The notes under the pieces: model-generated
What the model was told of the DNA's origin: nothing
The model's input: only the letters and a program-made list of their open reading frames with translations
The model's database searches: none
IMG/VR virus record: IMGVR_UViG_3300031949_000080
Location: 1-43,339 of that record
Source of the DNA: a virus
Length of the DNA stretch: 43,339 bases
Direction: 5' to 3' (one strand)
In this document: positions 7,203 to 13,808 of the stretch, piece after piece
Position numbering within the stretch: position 1 is the stretch's first letter
Layout: each line of letters starts with the position of its first letter
Translations under genes and position numbers: made by a program

Positions 7203-7594
7203 ACAACGAGATACTGAAACTGGCGGAAGAGTGCGGGGCTTATCAAGTGATAGCTGATGAGTTCTACGAGTGTAGAAAAGACGAAATTGTATTTGAAACG
7301 CCCGAAGAGCTCCAAGCCTTCTACGACCGCGCATTTCAAGCGGGCAGAGATTCGATGCAGCTTGAGATGAGCCAGCAGAAGCCGGATGGATATATCTATC
7401 CAGCCCTCTATGGGAGTCGAGCATCACTATGTAAAAATAACAAACCCGTCGGATGGGATGATTCAGACGATGAAATTGAGTGGTTTGAAAAGTTGCTAAT
7501 CATCCGCCCGCAACCGCCGCAGATTAAGGAAGCTGGTAGCAGCGACAAGTCAAATGGTAAGGATTTCAGAGACTACATACACCCCGCAGACTAA
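7199..7594 (+). CDS. Hypothetical protein (131 aa)
   Basis: ATGA overlap with the upstream gene, within the GC-richer block. Confidence 0.6.
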   Translation: MNNEILKLAEECGAYQVIADEFYECRKDEIVFETPEELQAFYDRAFQAGRDSMQLEMSQQKPDGYIYPALYGSRASLCKNNKPVGWDDSDDEIEWFEKLLIIRPQPPQIKEAGSSDKSNGKDFRDYIHPAD

Positions 7595-7612
7595 CAAGGA
7601 AGGGAGTTAAAG

Positions 7613-8035
7613 ATGTTACCAACAAAACAAACTGTGCTGCACGATCCATCAAACGGAAAGCACGGCAATTGCCTTTCTGCCGTAATAGCATCACTACTGC
7701 ATTTGCCGATTGATGAGGTGCCGCTATTTGTAAATCCTGTCACGTGGGTAAAAGACCTTAACGAGTGGCTTCGTCCATATGGCATTGCTTATTGCATGAT
7801 TGAGGATTTTGAGTGTCATATTGACGCATATGGAATCAAAGGACTGTGGCATGAAGTGTCTGGCAACACTAGCCGCAGCACAGATGTTATACATGCTTGC
7901 GTTGCTAAAGATGGCGAAATGGTATTCGACCCTCATCCAGACAATACAGGCCTGACAAAGCTAACCAGTCACGGATTTTTTATATTGCTGGAGCCTTGGA
8001 AAGTAGCGCAACCAACAGATGAAAGGAAGCCATGA
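7613..8035 (+). CDS. Candidate papain-fold Cys-His hydrolase (140 aa)
   Basis: A good SD (AAGGAAGGGAG). It has an N-terminal GNC-LSAVIASLL motif (Cys at a helix start) and a downstream IHACVAKDGEMVFDPH (His/Asp), an arrangement typical of small papain-like or NlpC-like enzymes. By eye only. Confidence 0.35.
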   Translation: MLPTKQTVLHDPSNGKHGNCLSAVIASLLHLPIDEVPLFVNPVTWVKDLNEWLRPYGIAYCMIEDFECHIDAYGIKGLWHEVSGNTSRSTDVIHACVAKDGEMVFDPHPDNTGLTKLTSHGFFILLEPWKVAQPTDERKP

Positions 8036-8508
8036 TGCAAGATACCAAAGAAGGACAAACGCACCACTGCGCAGGATGTGAAACTGCTGGTAAAGAGAAC
8101 TCCGAACTGAAGCAGAAGTTGGCAGCGGCGGAAGTATCCATCGGAAAGCTGACAGCAGCAAACGAGGAGATGAAGGCCCGTGACAAAGATGGCAGAAAGT
8201 TGCTACGCCAAGAAGCGGCGAAGCAGTCCGCCTTGAATGCCGTGTTAGGCATTCTAACCACGGAGAGGTGTATGATGATACAAAACAAAATAATTGAGCA
8301 GCAGGTTATTTTTGAATCTGCGACAGGTAAAAAGGCGCGCAACGTCTATCTCGGCAGGGAAGACATGAAAGACCTTTTGAAATGGGCGCAACTGAACTGC
8401 TACATCATGGAAGCTGGCTCGGCGAACATCGAAGGTTTGGATAGGCCTAAGGTAAGCGGATTGAAATGTTTTGAGGTGAACGCGGACAGGCATATTGAAT
8501 GTGCCTAA
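8032..8508 (+). CDS. Hypothetical protein (158 aa) with an N-terminal CxxC and a coiled-coil-like segment
   Basis: ATGATG overlap with the upstream stop, within the GC-richer block. Confidence 0.6.
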   Translation: MMQDTKEGQTHHCAGCETAGKENSELKQKLAAAEVSIGKLTAANEEMKARDKDGRKLLRQEAAKQSALNAVLGILTTERCMMIQNKIIEQQVIFESATGKKARNVYLGREDMKDLLKWAQLNCYIMEAGSANIEGLDRPKVSGLKCFEVNADRHIECA

Positions 8509-8584
8509 CGAATGATATACACCGCCCTAGGTGCCTAACTTGTAACAAGCCATAAGATAACATCGAAGAACTGAGGAGAAAGAC

Positions 8585-8683
8585 ATGACAGAAATAACCA
8601 CAACCGATATTCTTTGGCTACTGGGTGCGTATCTGATCTTTGTCGGCTATGTTATTTATCTGAATACGAAAGGCGAACTATGA
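8585..8683 (+). CDS. Tiny single-pass membrane peptide (32 aa, MTEITTTDILWLLGAYLIFVGYVIYLNTKGEL), below the track cut-off
   Basis: A strong SD (ctGAGGAGaaagacATG). The stop TGA overlaps the next ATG (ATGA). Confidence 0.5.
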   Translation: MTEITTTDILWLLGAYLIFVGYVIYLNTKGEL

Positions 8684-8919
8684 AAGCAATCTGCTGGGCT
8701 GTCATCACAATCCTTCTCACCATCAATATCTATTTCGGTACAGCGAACAGCGAAGCAATTCAGGCTCAGTACGTCAATATGTCAGCCGAGGAACGGGCAG
8801 ACTTCCTGACTTGGTTACTCACCGCAGATATGCGCTACGCTATCGCGGAGGACTTCTGCGCAACTAACCAGAACACGAAAAGAATCTGTTTCAATGCTTC
8901 TCGTACTGGAGCGAAATAA
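8680..8919 (+). CDS. Small membrane/secreted protein (79 aa, N-terminal MKAICWAVITILLTINIYFGTANSEA)
   Basis: The internal ATG at 8680 of track ORF 8614..8919 is start-stop coupled to the upstream peptide. It has a signal-peptide-like or TM N-terminus. Confidence 0.55.
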   Translation: MKAICWAVITILLTINIYFGTANSEAIQAQYVNMSAEERADFLTWLLTADMRYAIAEDFCATNQNTKRICFNASRTGAK

Positions 8920-8922
8920 TTT

Positions 8923-9222
8923 ATGACTACTTCTACCTCTGCTACCATACCAGAACTGTATGAAACACTAGCTGCTGGAGCTAAGTTCCGCTTAGCCTTC
9001 ACCTGTAAAGCTGAGGCAGAACACTTTCGCCAGCGGTTAGCTAATACAAAGTACAGAAGCGAGAAATCTATTAAGTCTCTAGGTATCCCACTAGATAAGA
9101 TGATACTTACTATGGAGTTTGACTCCTTAACTAATACTGCTACATACTTCTTGCGACCACCTGAGGTACAGCGATTTGAGATACTAGAACTAATTCCACC
9201 AACTCCACCAACCACTACTTAA
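8923..9222 (+). CDS. Hypothetical protein (99 aa)
   Basis: ORF in a tightly packed array. Confidence 0.55.
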   Translation: MTTSTSATIPELYETLAAGAKFRLAFTCKAEAEHFRQRLANTKYRSEKSIKSLGIPLDKMILTMEFDSLTNTATYFLRPPEVQRFEILELIPPTPPTTT

Positions 9223-9229
9223 CCTGTTT

Positions 9230-9493
9230 ATGCGAAAGTACCAAAGCATCTGGGTAGCAATCAAGACTACCGGTTCCTGTATCATAGCTGCTCATCCTAG
9301 CTTACATAAGCGGGTTAAGAAAGCTGTGACTAAAGAAAAGTGGAAAGATGTAGGGTACAAGGTGCAATGGGATTTGGCTGGAACGGAACAACCAACACTT
9401 GTTATTACAGTACCGCGCGATGCCACAGGTAAGCCAGTTAAGAATCAATTACTATTCACGCTGGTTAAGCCAGTGTTATTAACGGAGTTATAA
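9230..9493 (+). CDS. Hypothetical protein (87 aa)
   Basis: ORF in a tightly packed array with no obvious SD. Confidence 0.5.
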   Translation: MRKYQSIWVAIKTTGSCIIAAHPSLHKRVKKAVTKEKWKDVGYKVQWDLAGTEQPTLVITVPRDATGKPVKNQLLFTLVKPVLLTEL

Positions 9494-9495
9494 AC

Positions 9496-9792
9496 ATGAA
9501 CGAACGTGACCCTAACACTACCTATGATACACCATTCGACGAATTAGGTAGGGCTAAACCACTGCCTAAACCTGCAATTAAAGGGTACACGGTTGTACCT
9601 TGTATCATACTACATGAGACAGAGAAGGCAGTACTGGTGCAGCTAGAGATAGCTGCTGCTGAGTTCTGGTTTCCTCTCAGTTACACTAATTACATTTACC
9701 GTAAACACGGATACCTACAGCAGAACACTGAGTTCACTGATGTAATTCATGTAGCTGATTGGTTGATTGCAAAGAAGGGAATCATACTATGA
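9496..9792 (+). CDS. Hypothetical protein (98 aa)
   Basis: GGAG lies 8 nt upstream. The stop overlaps the next start (ATGA). Confidence 0.6.
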   Translation: MNERDPNTTYDTPFDELGRAKPLPKPAIKGYTVVPCIILHETEKAVLVQLEIAAAEFWFPLSYTNYIYRKHGYLQQNTEFTDVIHVADWLIAKKGIIL

Positions 9793-10052
9793 CACCAGCT
9801 GAGCAGCTTCAAGAGCAGATACTACAGCTACAAACAGCGCTAACTACAGCTAATCCTGGGATGCCTACAATGCTGCGTACTATTCACACAGCGCTAAGAG
9901 CTGACCCAGCTATTGTTACACTGCTATCTCCGGAAGAGGTTGGAACCATTGTAGCTAGCTTGATGAAGCAAACGAATACGATTATAGCTACAGCAGCAGT
10001 GAGTAAAAAGTCCTCAAAGTCTTTGAAGGCTATCTCAGTAGCTGATCTGTGA
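9789..10052 (+). CDS. Hypothetical protein (87 aa)
   Basis: The internal ATG at 9789 of track ORF 9759..10052 is coupled to the upstream stop. Confidence 0.55.
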   Translation: MTPAEQLQEQILQLQTALTTANPGMPTMLRTIHTALRADPAIVTLLSPEEVGTIVASLMKQTNTIIATAAVSKKSSKSLKAISVADL

Positions 10053-10063
10053 GCGACTAAGCT

Positions 10064-10390
10064 ATGACAGAGCATACTCAATCAAAACTAGATATATTGT
10101 ACAAAGGAAAGATACTTGGAACTTGCTCAGTGGTGTTGTTCACTACAGCTATTCCAGATGTTATCTCTTATGAGATAGCAGATAACCTTAACCTATTAGC
10201 AGCTGATACCTGGGTTAGTAACTTTAAACCTGTCAGCGAATCCGGCGCTTTTAATATCTCGAGATATAAACACAATCATGGATACAGTGCGGAACTATTA
10301 GTTACAGATTTGTTAAAGCTTCTAACTGACAGATACGCAAGTATTAGTTTACAGATGTATACAGAGGAGATAACTCATGGAACCCACTGA
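10064..10390 (+). CDS. Hypothetical protein (108 aa)
   Basis: ORF in a packed array that overlaps the next gene by 14 nt. Confidence 0.55.
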   Translation: MTEHTQSKLDILYKGKILGTCSVVLFTTAIPDVISYEIADNLNLLAADTWVSNFKPVSESGAFNISRYKHNHGYSAELLVTDLLKLLTDRYASISLQMYTEEITHGTH

Positions 10391-10715
10391 CACTCAGGCG
10401 CCTAAGTTTTGCATTAACTGTAAGTGGGTAGGAACTAATAGTTCTGGAGATTGGACTAAGTATAAATGCTTTGCCCCTCAGAATACATCAGGAACTAATC
10501 TTGTTACTGGCGCACAGATGTTGCTGCATGAATTATGTGAGGAGCAGCGTAAACAGGGTGTTGCTATGACTAGTTATTGTGGTGCTGAGGGCAGATGGTT
10601 TGAGCAGGCACCTACTAAGATAGTTTACAACGAAGTGTACAAACCTCCGCAGTCTGCTAAGCAAGTACTAAAGATTAAAGTAGGTACAAACCTTCTTGAG
10701 GACTTAGGATTATGA
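10377..10715 (+). CDS. Cys-rich hypothetical protein (112 aa, FCINCKW...KYKCF) ending in ...NLLEDLGL
   Basis: ORF with a zinc-ribbon-like CxxC...C spacing. ATGA overlap with the nuclease gene. Confidence 0.6.
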   Translation: MEPTDTQAPKFCINCKWVGTNSSGDWTKYKCFAPQNTSGTNLVTGAQMLLHELCEEQRKQGVAMTSYCGAEGRWFEQAPTKIVYNEVYKPPQSAKQVLKIKVGTNLLEDLGL

Positions 10716-11641
10716 CACAAATTATTGATCCAAGACTTAAACGACTAAGCTATTCCTCCCGCACTACACTACATCGTTGTCCTCGCAAGTACCAGTTGAG
10801 TAAGATTTCTACTACTCCTATCGAAGGTCGCTCCGAATCTGTTACATTCGCATTCGGTCATGCAGTAGGTGTAGGCATTCAATGTGTGCTGGAGAATAAA
10901 GATTGGAACAGTGTAGTTATTGAGATGCTTTTATCCTGGGATATTTCTGACTTATACGATGAGGAGCCTAAATCTAATAAGAGTTTCTGGACTGCTGTGT
11001 TTGCTGTTCAACAGTTCGCAAGTATTCGCACTGGCGCACTGGCAGATTACGAGCTGGCGTACTTTAAAGATTTACCGGCTGTAGAGCTTAGCTTTCGTAT
11101 CTCTCTTCTTGACGATTTTGTTTATCGTGGTCATGTGGATGTAGTATTAAAGCATAAGATTACTGGTAAGTTCTTAGTTATCGAAGTTAAGACTACTGGC
11201 TCTAGCTCTGTATCTGAAGCTAGTTATAAGAACTCTTCACAAGCTCTAGGTTACAGTATTATCCTAGATACTATCGCCCCAGGTCAAAGCGAGTACGAAG
11301 TATGGTATCTAGTATACAAGACTAAGATTCAAGAGTACGAGATACTCCCATTCCGTAAACACTACAGTGATAGGGCAGCTTGGATTAAAGAGCTGATCAT
11401 GGACGTACAGCGGATACAGACTTATGAGGCTGAGGATTGGTATCCTAGTTATGGAGAGAGCTGCAACGATTTCTTCAAGCCGTGCGAATTTTTCAGTAAC
11501 TGTAAGATGTCAACAGGACTACTGGCTACACCATATGATGAGGTAACTCATAGAGATAAACAAGACGATAAGGGTGGTTACACGCTAGAGTTATCTCTTG
11601 TCGATTTAATTGATGCTCAACTTGATAGGAAACAATTATGA
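10712..11641 (+). CDS. PD-(D/E)XK nuclease, Cas4-like, with a probable Fe-S Cys cluster
   Basis: Core GHVDVVLKH...LVIEVKT (D...E-x-K). An N-terminal Cys (LHRCPRKY) plus a C-terminal C-x7-C-x5-C (CNDFFKPCEFFSNC) fit the Cas4/AddB-type arrangement. Confidence 0.75.
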   Translation: MTQIIDPRLKRLSYSSRTTLHRCPRKYQLSKISTTPIEGRSESVTFAFGHAVGVGIQCVLENKDWNSVVIEMLLSWDISDLYDEEPKSNKSFWTAVFAVQQFASIRTGALADYELAYFKDLPAVELSFRISLLDDFVYRGHVDVVLKHKITGKFLVIEVKTTGSSSVSEASYKNSSQALGYSIILDTIAPGQSEYEVWYLVYKTKIQEYEILPFRKHYSDRAAWIKELIMDVQRIQTYEAEDWYPSYGESCNDFFKPCEFFSNCKMSTGLLATPYDEVTHRDKQDDKGGYTLELSLVDLIDAQLDRKQL

Positions 11642-12495
11642 AACTCTCATCCATTGCCCCAGAAACTACTCATCGAGTTATAGTTTACGGTGGCCCAAAG
11701 GTAGGTAAGACAGAGCTAGTAGGTAATCTGTCCAAAGACTTTAACCTGCTATGGCTAGATACAGAGCGCGGATACAGCACACTGACCAAGCTACCTAGCC
11801 CCCAGCAAGAACGTATCGAGATTGTATCTCTTCCAGATACTCGCGATTTCCCTATCGCAATCGAAACATTACTCAAGGTGTTCACTGGTAATCGCGTAGA
11901 AATTTGTGAAGCCCACGGTAAGTGTGGCTGTATGCTCTGCAAGAAAGACTCTCGCCCGTTTACAGTTGTAGAACTAAACGCACTTGACAACAACACCATT
12001 GTAGTGTTAGACTCATTAACTCAGACCGCTGTATCTGCTATCGCTCACATCACTAAAGGTAAGCCTGATGATTACCGCTATGATTGGGAAGATTACCGGA
12101 AGCAGGGTACGCTGATGGATAAGTTGCTCAGTAACATGCAGCAAGCTCGCTATAATCTATGTGTCATTACTCATGAAGTGGAGGTGGAACTTGAGGATGG
12201 TAGAAAGAAAATTGTTCCGTGCGCTGGGACTTCGAATTTCTCCCGCAACACAGCCAAGTATTTTGACCATGTTGTTTACTGCCAAGTACAGAACAAGAAA
12301 CACACGTTTGGTTCTAGTACGACATTTGGGGTGTCCTTGGTTACTGGTTCCCGCACTGACGTTAGTATCGAGAAGGAAGTTGTCCCTACGCTTTTGGATA
12401 TATTCAAAGGTAAAGCGGTAGGGGCTGTAACAGTAACTAAGGACTCGGCTGCGACAGCAACTTTGCAGAAACTTAAGGAAGGATTGAAGACATGA
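11638..12495 (+). CDS. RecA-fold ATPase, AAA_24/Sak4-like
   Basis: Walker A VYGGPKVGKTE and Walker B IVVLDSLT. Its position next to the nuclease and SSB is typical of this replication/recombination module. Confidence 0.7.
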   Translation: MKLSSIAPETTHRVIVYGGPKVGKTELVGNLSKDFNLLWLDTERGYSTLTKLPSPQQERIEIVSLPDTRDFPIAIETLLKVFTGNRVEICEAHGKCGCMLCKKDSRPFTVVELNALDNNTIVVLDSLTQTAVSAIAHITKGKPDDYRYDWEDYRKQGTLMDKLLSNMQQARYNLCVITHEVEVELEDGRKKIVPCAGTSNFSRNTAKYFDHVVYCQVQNKKHTFGSSTTFGVSLVTGSRTDVSIEKEVVPTLLDIFKGKAVGAVTVTKDSAATATLQKLKEGLKT

Positions 12496-12755
12496 GCGAA
12501 GCTACTGACATTGATGCAATACTCAAAGATCGAGGTAATAACTATGGAGACTTCTCCGGTCACGCACTAATTACTCAACGTATTAAATATGCTATGCAAG
12601 AAGGAGTATCTTAGAACAGTCTAACTGAGTCTCAGAAAGAGGCTCTTGAAATGATAGCACACAAGATTGGCCGTATCTGTAATGGTAATCCAGCGTACAA
12701 GAATTCTTGGACAGATATTATTGGCTATACTAAACTCGTAGAACAAACTCTGTAA
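12492..12755 (+). pseudogene. Small conserved replication-module gene (DUF6378-like, from memory) interrupted by an in-frame TAG at 12612-12614
   Basis: The ATG at 12492 overlaps the upstream stop (ATGA). The frame reads MSEATDIDAILKDRGNNYGDF...QEGVS-TAG-NSLTESQKEALEMIAHKIGRICNGNPAYKNSWTDIIGYTKLVEQTL-TAA. Both halves are in one frame and together span 87 codons. Confidence 0.6.
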
Positions 12756-12834
12756 TCGAGTAGGCAGTCAGTAGCTGAGTATTGTACTGACATATAACGT
12801 AACTTCATTCATTCACTAACTAAAGGAATTAACC

Positions 12835-13272
12835 ATGTCTCTTGATAATATCTCATCCCTTCTCGACGCTAACTTGGACGATCTCGCTGACTTGCCGGAA
12901 TTTGTAGTACCTCCCGCAGGTGCTTACATGGCAACTATCGTTGCCATTACTGAGAAGAAAGTTGGCGAACACCCTGCTGTAGAATTCAAGTTCCGTCTTG
13001 ACTCTACTGTAGAACTCGCCTCTGCTACTGATGCTCCAGTAAAAGATGGTACTGAGTGTGGCGTAGCGTTCATGTTGGATAACGAGTTCGGCGTAGGTAA
13101 GCTGAAGGCTGTTATGAAACCATTGCAAGTAGCTTGCGGAACCTCAACTGTTCGCGAGACTATGCTTGCTGCTAAGGGTTGTAGCATCATGCTGGTTACT
13201 AAGGTTCGCAGCGGTAAAGGTGATAAGGCGGATCAAAAGTATCTGGACGTCCACAAAGTCGAGGTTTTGTAA
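12835..13272 (+). CDS. DUF669-like ssDNA-binding protein (145 aa)
   Basis: The N-terminal ...DLPEFVVPPAGAYMATIV... matches the DUF669 pattern I recall. The SD context aactAAAGGAa is near-identical to that of the 210-aa gene. No TTA/CTA/TCA codons occur over most of its length. Confidence 0.55.
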   Translation: MSLDNISSLLDANLDDLADLPEFVVPPAGAYMATIVAITEKKVGEHPAVEFKFRLDSTVELASATDAPVKDGTECGVAFMLDNEFGVGKLKAVMKPLQVACGTSTVRETMLAAKGCSIMLVTKVRSGKGDKADQKYLDVHKVEVL

Positions 13273-13340
13273 GTTATAAGACCTGTACATCTCTCTGTAA
13301 TAGGAGGGGTGTACATATAATATAACTTCTTTGAGGTGTT

Positions 13341-13808
13341 ATGAAACTTTTACTTTTAGTAAGTGCTGACAAGAGAATCTTACTTGATGATACAGACTTA
13401 CAGCTCTTAGGGCACTTATACTGCAGTATATCGCAGACTAACAAACTAATTGTTAGTTGTCCCTTAAAGACTCTTCGTACACAGTATCTACACAGGCTGA
13501 TACTACAACCTCTAGATACTCAAGTGGTAGATCATATTAACGGTAACGGGCTAGATAACCGTAGAATCAATTTACGTATCTGTGAACAACTTCATAATAC
13601 ACAAAATCGTGCACTGAATAAAAATTCCTCTACAGGGTATAAAGGCGTATCACGGCGTACGGCAACAAGTAAGTTTACGGCCTCTATACGGGTAAAAGGT
13701 ACTAAAATTCATTTAGGTAACTTTACCTTTGCAGTTGATGCAGCTAGAGCTTATAATGAAGCAGCTGTTAAATATTTTGGCGACTTTGCTAGACTAAATA
13801 AATTATGA
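13341..13808 (+). CDS. HNH homing endonuclease with a C-terminal AP2 DNA-binding domain
   Basis: HNH core VDHINGNGLDNRRINL...H and AP2-like YKGVSRR...FTASIRVKGTKIHLGNF...AARAYNEAAVKYFG. It is wedged between the SSB and the DNA polymerase. Confidence 0.8.
   Translation: MKLLLLVSADKRILLDDTDLQLLGHLYCSISQTNKLIVSCPLKTLRTQYLHRLILQPLDTQVVDHINGNGLDNRRINLRICEQLHNTQNRALNKNSSTGYKGVSRRTATSKFTASIRVKGTKIHLGNFTFAVDAARAYNEAAVKYFGDFARLNKL

Noticed and set aside
12612-12614. Genome-wide reassignment of TAG to a sense codon, as in some gut phages.
   Set aside because: TAG ends several otherwise well-delimited genes here (stops at 1044-1046, 1491-1493, 16205-16207 and 30668-30670), and no suppressor tRNA is encoded. 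A local nonsense mutation or error is more parsimonious.
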